DNA from: Pseudodesulfovibrio mercurii
GTDB lineage: Bacteria; Desulfobacterota; Desulfovibrionia; Desulfovibrionales; Desulfovibrionaceae
Direction of reading: 5' to 3'
Assembly (NCBI RefSeq): GCF_000189295.2
Contig: NC_016803.1
Coordinates: 2,940,001 to 2,972,000 of the forward strand
DNA: 32,000 bases
The translations under genes and the position numbers were made by a program. This document shows, piece after piece, positions 9,027-17,821 of this stretch. A model generated the notes under the pieces. It was not told the origin of the DNA and ran no database searches. It worked only from the letters and a program-made list of their open reading frames with translations. How positions within the stretch are numbered: the first letter of the stretch is position 1; each line of letters opens with the position of its first letter.

Positions 9027-9044
9027 TTGTGAAAGTCGTGTCAA
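9027..9044. promoter_or_regulatory. candidate Rex-type operator upstream of sat, overlapping a TTGACA -35-like hexamer on the minus strand
   Basis: TTGTGAA-AGTC-GTGTCAA compared with the Rex consensus TTGTGAA-N4-TTCACAA: the left half is 7/7 and the right half 4/7. The minus strand reads TTGACA (9044-9039)-N18-AATAAA, a possible sat promoter. Match by eye only. Confidence 0.3.
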
Positions 9045-9374
9045 GCGCTTTTTTCCGCCCGTCCCGCAACATTTTGGACCCGGTCGGTCCCTTCGGGGGC
9101 CGGGTAGACCTTTTCGGGAGAAAGTCTAGAGAATTAGGGGGTACTGGGAATATTTTTGGTCAGTCTTTTCAGGACATTGTGTTGTCACTAGAATATTACC
9201 GTATAAAATGAAAAAAGGCTTGCAATTGATTGTTCGTTTAAACTAAAAACGGTAAAGGTTTCAACAGGTGTTTTTTCGTTGCCTGGCGCCGGTCCGCGCC
9301 GGGTCGGAAGGCCTATTGGCCGGGCTTTTCCCGGCCATGGGGCCGATCCCCGAGACACGGTTGACGATGTACGC

Positions 9375-9392
9375 TTGTTCAAAAATTCACTT
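9375..9392. promoter_or_regulatory. weaker Rex-like box next to the putative aprBA promoter
   Basis: TTGTTCA-AAAA-TTCACTT matches the Rex half-site positions 10/14. It ends 5 nt before the TTGACA at 9398. Confidence 0.2.
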
Positions 9393-9397
9393 TCACG

Positions 9398-9426
9398 TTG
9401 ACAAGGGTGTTTCGTCTTGCTAATCC
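9398..9426 (+). promoter_or_regulatory. putative sigma70-type promoter of aprBA-qmo
   Basis: TTGACA (9398-9403), a 17-nt spacer, then TAATCC (9421-9426). This predicts a leader of about 90 nt before aprB. No TSS data. Confidence 0.4.
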
Positions 9427-9523
9427 CAAATTCCGCCCGGTTTGCAACGGGTGTCGATTTTTGTTTTTAGGTAGAGGATGTCGGTTATTGTGAATAATAA
9501 AACCCTATTTAGGAGGAGAAGTT

Positions 9524-10024
9524 ATGCCGACCTTTGTTAACCCGGAAAAATGTGACGGCTGCAAGGGTGGCGAAAAGACCGCTTGCATGTACATTTGCCC
9601 CAACGATCTGATGATCCTGGATCCCGCCGAAATGAAGGCTTACAACCAGGAACCGTCCGCCTGCTGGGAATGTTACTCCTGCGTGAAAATTTGCCCCCAG
9701 GGCGCTATTGAAGCCCGTCCGTACGCCGACTTCGCCCCTATGGGTGGTACCTCCATCCCGATGCGTTCCGCTGAAGACATCATGTGGACCATCAAATTCC
9801 GTAATGGCAGCGTGAAGCGCTTCAAGTTCCCCATCCGCACCACCGCTGAAGGTTCCATCAAGCCTTTCGACGGCAAGCCCGAACCCGGCGATCTGGACTC
9901 CGAGCTCCTCTTCACCGAGACCGCCCTGGCCGCCCCCAAGGCCGCCATCATGGAGCAGGCTTCCGTGACTGATGCCGACCTGAAGAAAGAGTGGAAGCTG
10001 GAAGACTACGCCAGCCTGGTCTAA
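9524..10024 (+). CDS. aprB: adenylylsulfate (APS) reductase beta subunit
   Basis: 166 aa with two ferredoxin-type Cys clusters (CDGCKGGEKTACMYICP, CWECYSCVKICP) plus an AprB-type C-terminal tail. AGGAGGAG SD at 9511-9518. Confidence 0.97.
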   Translation: MPTFVNPEKCDGCKGGEKTACMYICPNDLMILDPAEMKAYNQEPSACWECYSCVKICPQGAIEARPYADFAPMGGTSIPMRSAEDIMWTIKFRNGSVKRFKFPIRTTAEGSIKPFDGKPEPGDLDSELLFTETALAAPKAAIMEQASVTDADLKKEWKLEDYASLV

Positions 10025-10086
10025 GACCGGTTCGCGCAATCTTATCCAAGACAACTTGAATCACTTCAAATACTAGGAGAAATATT

Positions 10087-12084
10087 ATGCCTCTGCTTCC
10101 CATCAAAGAAGCCTCCAAGGGTGTTGCTCTCGCCGAGCCGGAAATCATCGAACAGCACGCTGATATCCTCATGGTCGGCGGCGGCATGGGCTGCTGCGGC
10201 GTCGCCTTCGAGGCCGTGCGCTGGGCCGACAAGGTCGATCCGTCCCTGAAAATCATGCTCTGCGACAAGGCCGCCCTCGAGCGTTCCGGCGCCGTTGCCC
10301 AGGGCCTGTCCGCCATCAACACCTACATGGGTCAGAACGATGTCGACGACTACGTCCGCATGGTCCGCACCGACCTCATGGGCATCGTCCGCGAAGACCT
10401 GATCTTCGACCTGGGCCGCCACGTTGACGATTCCGTCCACCTCTTCGAAGAGTGGGGCCTCCCCGTCTGGGTCAAGAAAGACGGCAAGAACCTCGACGGC
10501 GCCAAAGCCAAGGCCGAGGGCCTGGCCATCCGCACCGGTTCCGATCCCGTCCGTTCCGGCCGCTGGCAGATCATGATCAACGGTGAGTCCTACAAGTGCA
10601 TCGTCGCCGAGGCCGCGAAGAACGCCCTGGGCGAGGACCGCTACGTGGAGCGCGTCTTCATCGTCAAGATGCTGCTGGACGCCAACGAGCCCAACCGCAT
10701 CGCCGGTGCCGTCGGCTTCTCCACCCGTGAAAACAAAGTGTACGTCTTCACCTGCAACGCCGCTGTCGTGGCTTGCGGTGGCGCCGTCAACGTGTACCGC
10801 CCCCGCTCCACCGGTGAGGGCATGGGCCGCGCCTGGTACCCCGTCTGGAACGCCGGTTCCACCTACACCATGTGTGCTCAGGTCGGCGCCGAGATGACCA
10901 TGATGGAAAACCGCTTCGTCCCCGCCCGCTTCAAGGACGGTTACGGCCCGGTCGGCGCCTGGTTCCTGCTCTTCAAGGCCAAGGCGACCAACTACAAGGG
11001 TGAGGACTACTGCGAGACCAACCGCGCCATGCTGAAGCCTTACGAGGATCGCGGCTACGCCAAGGGTCACATCATCCCCACCTGCCTGCGCAACCACATG
11101 ATGCTCCGTGAAATGCGTGAAGGCCGCGGCCCGATCTTCATGGACACCAAAACCGCTCTGCTGCAGACCGTCAACGGCGACCTGTCCGGCCCCGAGTGGA
11201 AGCACCTCGAGTCCGAAGCTTGGGAAGACTTCCTCGACATGTGCGTCGGCCAGGCCAACCTGTGGGCCGCCACCAACTGCGCTCCCGAGGATCGCGGTTC
11301 CGAGATCATGCCCACCGAGCCTTACCTCCTGGGTTCCCACTCCGGTTGCTGCGGCATCTGGGTTTCCGGTCCGGACGAAGCCTGGGTCCCCGAGATCTAC
11401 AAAGTCAAGGCCGACAATGGCAAGGTCTACAACCGTATGACCACCGTCAACGGTCTGTTCACCTGCGCTGACGGCGTCGGCGCTTCCGGCCACAAGTTCT
11501 CCTCCGGTTCCCACGCTGAAGGCCGTATCGTCGGCAAGCAGATGGTGCGCTGGTGCGTGGACCACAAGGACTTCAAGCCCGCGCTGAAGGAAACCCCGGC
11601 CGACATGGCTAAGGAAATCTACCAGCCGATGTACACCTACCTGGAGAACAAGGGCGGTTCCACCGATCCCGTCGTGAACCCGGCCTACATCACCCCGCAC
11701 AACTTCATGATGCGCCTCATCAAGTGCACCGATGAATACGGCGGAGGCGTCGGCACCCTGTACATGACCTCCAAGGCTCTGCTGAACACCGGCTTCTGGC
11801 TGCTCGGCATGATGGAAGAAGACTCCAAGAAGCTCGCCGCCCGTGACCTGCACGAGCTGATGCGCTGCTGGGAGCAGTTCCACCGCCTGTGGACCGTCCG
11901 CCTGCACATGCAGCACATCGAGTTCCGCGAGGAATCCCGTTACCCGGGCTTCTACTACCGCGGCGACTTCATGGGCCTGGACGACTCCAAGTGGAAGTGC
12001 TTCTGTAACTCCACCTACGATCCCGCCACCGGCGTGACCACCGTCTTCAAGAAGCCCTACGTCAAGATCATCCCCGACGCCTAA
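10087..12084 (+). CDS. aprA: adenylylsulfate (APS) reductase alpha subunit
   Basis: 665 aa with an FAD-binding N-terminus (ILMVGGGMGCCG). Length and overall sequence are typical of Desulfovibrio AprA. Starts 62 nt after aprB, with a TAGGAGAAA SD. Confidence 0.97.
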   Translation: MPLLPIKEASKGVALAEPEIIEQHADILMVGGGMGCCGVAFEAVRWADKVDPSLKIMLCDKAALERSGAVAQGLSAINTYMGQNDVDDYVRMVRTDLMGIVREDLIFDLGRHVDDSVHLFEEWGLPVWVKKDGKNLDGAKAKAEGLAIRTGSDPVRSGRWQIMINGESYKCIVAEAAKNALGEDRYVERVFIVKMLLDANEPNRIAGAVGFSTRENKVYVFTCNAAVVACGGAVNVYRPRSTGEGMGRAWYPVWNAGSTYTMCAQVGAEMTMMENRFVPARFKDGYGPVGAWFLLFKAKATNYKGEDYCETNRAMLKPYEDRGYAKGHIIPTCLRNHMMLREMREGRGPIFMDTKTALLQTVNGDLSGPEWKHLESEAWEDFLDMCVGQANLWAATNCAPEDRGSEIMPTEPYLLGSHSGCCGIWVSGPDEAWVPEIYKVKADNGKVYNRMTTVNGLFTCADGVGASGHKFSSGSHAEGRIVGKQMVRWCVDHKDFKPALKETPADMAKEIYQPMYTYLENKGGSTDPVVNPAYITPHNFMMRLIKCTDEYGGGVGTLYMTSKALLNTGFWLLGMMEEDSKKLAARDLHELMRCWEQFHRLWTVRLHMQHIEFREESRYPGFYYRGDFMGLDDSKWKCFCNSTYDPATGVTTVFKKPYVKIIPDA

Positions 12085-12104
12085 GCTTAGGTAATGATCA
12101 CCCC

Positions 12105-12134
12105 GAGAGCGCGGGTCCCCGGACCCGCGCTCTC
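12105..12134 (+). terminator. strong intra-operon hairpin after aprA (partial terminator or mRNA 3'-end stabiliser)
   Basis: Perfect 14-bp GC-rich stem GAGAGCGCGGGTCC/GGACCCGCGCTCTC, 20 nt after the aprA stop. It is followed by TTAAAAATA, which is not a clean U-tract. Confidence 0.6.
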
Positions 12135-12165
12135 TTAAAAATACCGGGGCTAAAATGGTCTGAAT

Positions 12166-12210
12166 CCGGGCCGGGAAAACCGCTCCCGGTCCGGGTTTAG
12201 GCCATTTTTT
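12166..12210 (+). terminator. second hairpin plus T6 tract in the aprA-qmoA spacer
   Basis: CCGGGCCGGGA/TCCCGGTCCGG forms 11 bp with 1 mismatch. It is followed by GTTTAGGCCATTTTTT (T6 at 12205-12210). Confidence 0.45.
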
Positions 12211-12248
12211 GGCTTGAGCCTCAACTTTATTCGGGAGGAGTTAAGAGA

Positions 12249-13484
12249 ATGTCGAATAACAGTATTCTCGTAGTAGGCGGAGGGTTCGCAGGAATCACCG
12301 CCGCCCTCGAAGCCGCCGAAGTCGGCTACGAGGTGTACATCGTTGAAACCAATCCCTACCTCGGTGGACGGGTTGCGCAGCTGAATCAGTATTTCCCCAA
12401 GCTGTGCCCCCCCTCCTGCGGTCTGGAGATTCAGTTTCAGCGCATCAAAAACAACCCCAACGTCAAGGTCATCACCATGGCCGACGTCACGTCGGTTTCC
12501 GGTTCCGCCGGCAACTACGACGTGAAGATCACGCAGCGCCCGCGCTACGTGAATGAAAAATGCACCGCCTGCGGCGACTGCGAGAAGGCCACCAAGACCC
12601 GTGTCAGCTCCGAATTCGACTTCGGTACCGGTACCCGCGGCCTGGCCTACAAGACCCATCCCTTCATGTTCCCCATGCGCTACGTGGTGGACGCTAAGAA
12701 CGCCTCCGAGACCGAGCTGGCCGCCATCAAGAACGCCTGCCCGTACGACGCGGTGGACCTGGACGACGCGTCCAAGACCATCGACCTGGCCGTCGGCGCC
12801 ATCGTCGTGGCCACGGGCTGGAAGCCCTACGACGTGGCCAACCTGACCAACTTGGGCGGGGGCAAGCTCAAGAACGTGGTCACCAACATGCAGTTCGAGC
12901 GGCTGTGCGCGCCCAACGGCCCGACGAACGGCAAGATCAAGCGGCCTTCCGACGGCGCCGAGCCCAAGAAGATCGCCTTCGTGCAGTGCGCCGGTTCCCG
13001 CGACCAGAACCACCTGAACTACTGTTCGTACATCTGCTGCATGGCCTCGCTGAAGCACGTCCGCTACGTGCGCGAGCGCTCCGACGCGGCCGCGACGATC
13101 TTCTACATCGATCTGCGCACGCCGGGCCGGTACGACAAGTTCAAGACCCTGACCGAGGCCGATGACAAGCTCAGCCTGGTCAAGGGCAAGGTGGCCGCCA
13201 TCGTCGAGGACGCCGCCGGCAACCCCATCGTCACCGTGGAAAATGCCCTGACCGGCATCAAGACCGACGAGAAGTTCGACATGGTCGTGCTCGCCACCGG
13301 CATGCAGGCCAGCTGCGCCGGTCTGCAAGTCCCGGCCGGGGCCATCGACGCCGACGGTTTCGTCATCGACGGCGAGGGCATCATCGCCGCCGGTTGCGCC
13401 AAGCAGCCGCTCGATGTCATGAAGACCGCCCAGTCCGGCACCGCAGCCGCGATGAAGGCGATTCAAACCGTGGTAGGGAGGTAA
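12249..13484 (+). CDS. qmoA: quinone-interacting membrane-bound oxidoreductase subunit A (HdrA-like flavoprotein)
   Basis: 411 aa with an FAD fold (ILVVGGGFAGITAALEAAEVGYEVYIVE) and GGGAGGAG SD. Located directly after aprBA. Confidence 0.95.
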   Translation: MSNNSILVVGGGFAGITAALEAAEVGYEVYIVETNPYLGGRVAQLNQYFPKLCPPSCGLEIQFQRIKNNPNVKVITMADVTSVSGSAGNYDVKITQRPRYVNEKCTACGDCEKATKTRVSSEFDFGTGTRGLAYKTHPFMFPMRYVVDAKNASETELAAIKNACPYDAVDLDDASKTIDLAVGAIVVATGWKPYDVANLTNLGGGKLKNVVTNMQFERLCAPNGPTNGKIKRPSDGAEPKKIAFVQCAGSRDQNHLNYCSYICCMASLKHVRYVRERSDAAATIFYIDLRTPGRYDKFKTLTEADDKLSLVKGKVAAIVEDAAGNPIVTVENALTGIKTDEKFDMVVLATGMQASCAGLQVPAGAIDADGFVIDGEGIIAAGCAKQPLDVMKTAQSGTAAAMKAIQTVVGR

Positions 13485-13487
13485 GCA

Positions 13488-15755
13488 ATGGCTGAAAAGC
13501 TTGGAGTATATATCTGTGGAGGCTGCGACATCGGGGCCAACCTGGATGTCGAAGGACTGGCCCAGTTCTGCGCCAACGGCAAACACTCCTCCGTTGTCGC
13601 TTCGGCCAAGTCCAACCCGGTGCTGTGCAGCCCGGAAGGCAAGGCCATGATCGAGGCCGACATCGCCGAACAGGGCCTGGACGGCGTGGTCGTCTGCGCC
13701 TGCTCGCCCCGCGCCAAGTGGGACGTGTTCAAGTTCGGCGACAAGGTCCAGGTGGAGCGGGTCAACCTGCGCGAGCAGTGTGTGTGGTCCTATCAGGAGG
13801 ACCCCCAGTTCCCCGGCCAGATGGAAATCATCGCCAAAGACTACTGCAACATGGGCATGACCAAACTGGTCAACAGCCGGATTCCCCAGCCGGAGCTGCC
13901 CGACGCCTTCAAGACCGTGCTGGTCGTGGGCGGCGGCTTCACCGGCCTGAATGCGGCCCTCAACGCCGCCAGCCTGGGCTACAAGGTGGTCCTGGTCGAG
14001 AAGGCCGAGACCCTGGGCGGCAAGGCCGCCACCATGTACAAGTCCTTCCCCCTGGGCGCGCCCTATTCCGAGCGTGAGCAGGAGATCAACATCAACGACC
14101 TGATCGCCAAGGTCGAGGCCAGCGACAAGATCTCGGTCCTCACCGGGTCGGTCCTGGAATCCCTGGCCGGCGCCCCGGCCCAGTACAAGGCCACCATCGC
14201 GGGCACCGAATACGAGATCGGCGCGGTGGTCATGGCCACCGGCTGGGTCCCGGGCAAGGGCAAGTTCCTGGCCCCGCTGGGCTACGGCTCCATCAAGAAC
14301 GTGGTCACCACCGCCGAGTTCGAGGCCATGGCCAAGAACGGCGGCATCAAGACCGCCGACGGCCGGACCCCGTCCTCCGTGGCCTTCATCGTGGATACCT
14401 CCCTGCTGACCAAGGGCATCTCCTACGATCCCTGCGGCGCGGCCTGCGAGGAAGAGCTGCCCTGCGACGAGAACTCCGACGAGGAGGCCTGCGAGGGCTT
14501 CGTCTACAAGGACAAGGAATCCGCCAAGCACCTGGCCTACTCCTCGGAGCTGACCTCCCTGGTCGCCCTGAAGCAGGCCAACTACGTTCGTGAGCTCGCC
14601 CCCGACGCCGTGGCCTACATCGTCTACGACCACATGATGGTCCCCGGCATCAACGAGAAATACTATCAGGCCGCCCAGGATGATCCGGGCGTCATGCTGA
14701 CCAAGGGCACGGTCACCGGAGTCTCCGAGGCCGGTTCCTCCGTGGTCGTCAAGGCCAAGAACACCCTGCTCGGCGCCGACGTCGAGCTGGTCGCCGACAT
14801 GGTCGTGGTCCCCACCGCCATCGTCCCGACCACCGCGGCCGACCCGACCATGAACTTCGTCTACCGCCAGGGCCCGGCCTTCCCGGACCTCGAGCTGTTC
14901 GACGGATTCGCGGATTCCAACTACATCTGCTTCCCCTACGAGACCCGCCGCACGGGCGTCTACGCAGCCGGTTGCGTGCGCCAGCCCATGGGGTTGGGCC
15001 TCGCCGCCGAGGACGCGGCCGGTGCCGCCCTCAAGGCCATCCAGTGCATCGAGTCCGCCAACCGCGGCGTGTCCGTGCATCCCCGGTCCGGCGACCTGAG
15101 CTTCCCGGAGTTCAACTTCATGCGCTGCACCCAGTGCAAACGCTGCACCGAGGAATGCCCGTTCGGCGCCCTGGACGACGACGAGAAGGGCACTCCGCTG
15201 CCCAACCCGACCCGCTGCCGCCGCTGCGGTACCTGCATGGGCGCCTGCCCGGAGCGCGTCATCTCCTTCGCCAACTACGGCATCAGCCAGATCGGCCAGG
15301 CCATCAAGGAAGTGAAGGTCCCCGACACCCTGGACGCCGGCGGCCCGCGCATCATCGTGCTGGCCTGCGAGAACGACGCCTACCCGGCGCTGGACATGGC
15401 CGCCATGCGCGGCAAGTCCTGGTCCCCGTACGTCCGCTTCCTGCCGGTGCGCTGCCTCGGCTCGGTCAACGCCATCTGGGTCGCCGACGCCATGAGTAAG
15501 GGCATCGACGGCGTGATGTTGCTCGGCTGCAAGTACGGTGACGACTACCAGTGCCACTTCGTCAAGGGCTCCGAGCTGTGCAACCGCCGCAAGGAGAACA
15601 TCGCCGAGTCCCTGGGACGTCTCGGTGTCGAGCCGGAACGCGTCGAACAGTACGAGATCTCCATCGACATGTACGACAAGGTTCCGGAAATGATCGACGA
15701 GTTCGTCAACAACATCACCACCAACTTCGGCCCCAACCCGTTCAAGGGTTACTAG
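13488..15755 (+). CDS. qmoB: Qmo subunit B (HdrA-like flavoprotein with FeS motifs and an MvhD-like C-terminus)
   Basis: 755 aa. ATG lies 3 nt after the qmoA stop. GGGFTG FAD fold, two 4Fe-4S motifs (CTQCKRCTEECP, CRRCGTCMGACP), and an MvhD-like tail (IIVLACENDAYPALD...RCLGSVN). Confidence 0.95.
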   Translation: MAEKLGVYICGGCDIGANLDVEGLAQFCANGKHSSVVASAKSNPVLCSPEGKAMIEADIAEQGLDGVVVCACSPRAKWDVFKFGDKVQVERVNLREQCVWSYQEDPQFPGQMEIIAKDYCNMGMTKLVNSRIPQPELPDAFKTVLVVGGGFTGLNAALNAASLGYKVVLVEKAETLGGKAATMYKSFPLGAPYSEREQEININDLIAKVEASDKISVLTGSVLESLAGAPAQYKATIAGTEYEIGAVVMATGWVPGKGKFLAPLGYGSIKNVVTTAEFEAMAKNGGIKTADGRTPSSVAFIVDTSLLTKGISYDPCGAACEEELPCDENSDEEACEGFVYKDKESAKHLAYSSELTSLVALKQANYVRELAPDAVAYIVYDHMMVPGINEKYYQAAQDDPGVMLTKGTVTGVSEAGSSVVVKAKNTLLGADVELVADMVVVPTAIVPTTAADPTMNFVYRQGPAFPDLELFDGFADSNYICFPYETRRTGVYAAGCVRQPMGLGLAAEDAAGAALKAIQCIESANRGVSVHPRSGDLSFPEFNFMRCTQCKRCTEECPFGALDDDEKGTPLPNPTRCRRCGTCMGACPERVISFANYGISQIGQAIKEVKVPDTLDAGGPRIIVLACENDAYPALDMAAMRGKSWSPYVRFLPVRCLGSVNAIWVADAMSKGIDGVMLLGCKYGDDYQCHFVKGSELCNRRKENIAESLGRLGVEPERVEQYEISIDMYDKVPEMIDEFVNNITTNFGPNPFKGY

Positions 15756-15765
15756 GAGGTACGGC

Positions 15766-17037
15766 ATGTCCAATACCGTCAAGGTACAACCGGACCTTAA
15801 GTTCGTGAAAGAGTTGCAGGCCGTAGGCGGCGACTCCCTGAAGAAGTGCTACCAGTGCGCCACCTGCTCGGTGGTCTGTCCCCTGTCCCCCGCCGACAGC
15901 CCCTATCCCCGCAAGGAGATGGTCTGGGCCCAGTGGGGTCTCAAGGACCGTCTGGTCAATGATATCGACATCTGGCTGTGCCACAACTGCGGCACCTGCT
16001 CCGACCTGTGCCCGCGCGGCGCCAAGCCGGGCGACCTCCTGTCCGCCCTGCGCAACATGGCCTACCGCAACCTGGCCCCCATGCCGATCATCGGCAAGTG
16101 GATGTCCAGCTCCAGCGGGCTGCTGCCCCTGGCCGCCATCCCGGCCATCATCTACGCGCTGATCTGGATCTTCCAGGCCTCGCGCCTGGGCTCCTTCCTG
16201 CCCACCTTCGAGTTCGACCACGCCACCCATGCGTGGAAGGTCGCGTCGGACGGCGTCATCGCCTTCGGCGGCCTGTTCGTCGGCGACTACTTCATCGATC
16301 CGATCTTCGGACTGGTCTTCCTGTTCATGCTCTGGGGCTTCTATGCGGGCGTCCGGAACATGCTCAAGGCCTTTGACGACCAGCCCAAGACCTTCATCGT
16401 GGGCCGCAAGAGCGAACCGTGCTTCTGCGCCTGCCTGATCGACACCATCAAGTACGAAGTCCTCCAGCACACCCAGTTCCTGGAGTGCAGCGACGAGGAA
16501 TCCGACGAACTCGACATCAAGCGCGCCTCCGGCCACCGCTGGCTCATGTTCGCCTTCATCGCGCTCATGATCGTCACCGGCGTGGTCGCCGCAGGTCACT
16601 GGGGCGGCTGGTTCCTGCGCAAGATCGGCGTCGAGGGCCTGGGCAACATCGTGTCCGCCATCGGGCACACCCCCATGCCCCTGTGGTCCCCGGTCAAGCT
16701 GCTCGCCTACGTGGGCGCGGGCCTGGGCATCTACGGCCTCATGGCCCTGACCAAGCGTCGGGTGAACCTGGACCAGTCCAAGCAGTCCTCCAGCTGGTAC
16801 GACTGGTACCTGCTGACCCTGATCTGGACCATCTTCCTGACCGGTCTCGGCGCGCTGGTGTTCCGCGTGCTGGGCGTGGCCCTGCTGGCCTACCCCATCT
16901 ACTACGTGCACCTGATCGCCGTGTTCATGTTGCTGGCATACCTGCCGTGGTCCAAGCTGGGCCACCTGGTCTACCGCACCGTGGCCCTGTCCTACGCCAA
17001 GAAGATTGGCCGCATCCCCATGGGCGCCGACCGCTAG
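15766..17037 (+). CDS. qmoC: Qmo subunit C (HdrC-like FeS domain fused to an HdrE-like membrane cytochrome b domain)
   Basis: 423 aa with TAGGAGGT SD. Two 4Fe-4S motifs (CYQCATCSVVCP, CHNCGTCSDLCP) are followed by multiple hydrophobic helices. Confidence 0.95.
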   Translation: MSNTVKVQPDLKFVKELQAVGGDSLKKCYQCATCSVVCPLSPADSPYPRKEMVWAQWGLKDRLVNDIDIWLCHNCGTCSDLCPRGAKPGDLLSALRNMAYRNLAPMPIIGKWMSSSSGLLPLAAIPAIIYALIWIFQASRLGSFLPTFEFDHATHAWKVASDGVIAFGGLFVGDYFIDPIFGLVFLFMLWGFYAGVRNMLKAFDDQPKTFIVGRKSEPCFCACLIDTIKYEVLQHTQFLECSDEESDELDIKRASGHRWLMFAFIALMIVTGVVAAGHWGGWFLRKIGVEGLGNIVSAIGHTPMPLWSPVKLLAYVGAGLGIYGLMALTKRRVNLDQSKQSSSWYDWYLLTLIWTIFLTGLGALVFRVLGVALLAYPIYYVHLIAVFMLLAYLPWSKLGHLVYRTVALSYAKKIGRIPMGADR

Positions 17038-17088
17038 TCGCCTGGGCGAACCATACAAACGAAGCTTACTTAGTTAAGGAGGCATCAA

Positions 17089-17742
17089 ATGGCTGAAGCT
17101 AAGGTTTTCCCCATGAACGCTTTCGTGTCTGTGCTGCGCGGCGAGGCCGCCGACCAGACTCAGCTCGATATGCTGGCTTACATCACCCAGGCTGAAACTC
17201 TGGACGCGGACGTCGCCCCCGTGGCGCAGGCCCTGTCCAAGGCCTGGATCTACGAACAGGAACCCGGCCTGACCGGCTACGCCGAGGGCGACATCTCCAA
17301 GCTCGGCAACCAGGTCAAGATTGAGGCCCTGCCCGCGGCCGAGGCCGCCCGCGCCAAGGGCGTCCTGGACATCCTGGCCGGTCTCAAGGCCGACAACGCC
17401 GCCCTCAAGGCCCAGGTCGAGAAGCTTGAGGCCGAGAAAAAGGAACTGGCCGCCAAGATCGGCCCCATGGAAGCCAAGATCAAGACCGTCGACGCGCAGA
17501 ACGCCGCCGGCGAGCAGAAGGTCACCGTGGCCTCCACCAAGCTCGACGAGATGACCAAGAAGCTCAACGACCTCATGGCCGAAGTGGAAAAGGTCAAGAG
17601 CCAGGGCGTGGTTGTGGCCGGTGTGGCCGGCGCAGCCGGTGATGCCGGTGCCGCTGCCGCCCCCGTCGACGGCCCGGCCGTCGGCGGCGAGCCCGAGGCC
17701 GATTTCGGTCTGGGCAGCGACGCGTTCGGCGGCGACTGGTAG
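17089..17742 (+). CDS. hypothetical coiled-coil protein, promoter-distal gene of the apr-qmo cluster
   Basis: 217 aa with a strong AAGGAGG SD. Starts 51 nt after qmoC, with no terminator in between. A globular N-terminal ~95 aa is followed by a central coiled coil (LKAQVEKLEAEKKELAAKIGPMEAKIK...LNDLMAEVEKVKSQG), an Ala/Gly-rich linker and an acidic tail ending FGGDW. Confidence 0.8.
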   Translation: MAEAKVFPMNAFVSVLRGEAADQTQLDMLAYITQAETLDADVAPVAQALSKAWIYEQEPGLTGYAEGDISKLGNQVKIEALPAAEAARAKGVLDILAGLKADNAALKAQVEKLEAEKKELAAKIGPMEAKIKTVDAQNAAGEQKVTVASTKLDEMTKKLNDLMAEVEKVKSQGVVVAGVAGAAGDAGAAAAPVDGPAVGGEPEADFGLGSDAFGGDW

Positions 17743-17766
17743 CCCCGGACCATCCGACGCAAAAAC

Positions 17767-17799
17767 AAGGCCCCGCGCTCATGCGCGGGGCCTTTTTTT
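17767..17799 (+). terminator. rho-independent terminator ending the apr-qmo cluster (A-tract upstream, so possibly bidirectional)
   Basis: AAGGCCCCGCGC-TCAT-GCGCGGGGCCTT 12-bp stem followed by T7. It is preceded by AAAAACA. Confidence 0.9.
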
Positions 17800-17821
17800 G
17801 CGCCGTCGGTCCGGGGGTGCC

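Noticed and set aside
9029-9382. Small ORFs 9029..9211 (+) and 9188..9382 (-) inside the sat-aprB spacer.
   Set aside because: They have no SD, atypical composition and cross AT-rich promoter-like DNA and GC hairpins. The region is treated as regulatory, not coding.
12150-15782. 1210-aa ORF on the minus strand across qmoA-qmoB. Similar antisense ORFs occur at 10066..11916 (aprA), 15742..17058 (qmoC), 3400..4902, 20746..21522, 21785..22960, 22821..24254, 26480..27868 and 27777..29861.
   Set aside because: All lie antisense to genes with unambiguous homology. Their translations are Gly/Asp/Val/Ala/His-rich with no motifs. They are stop-codon-poor shadows caused by GC3 bias.
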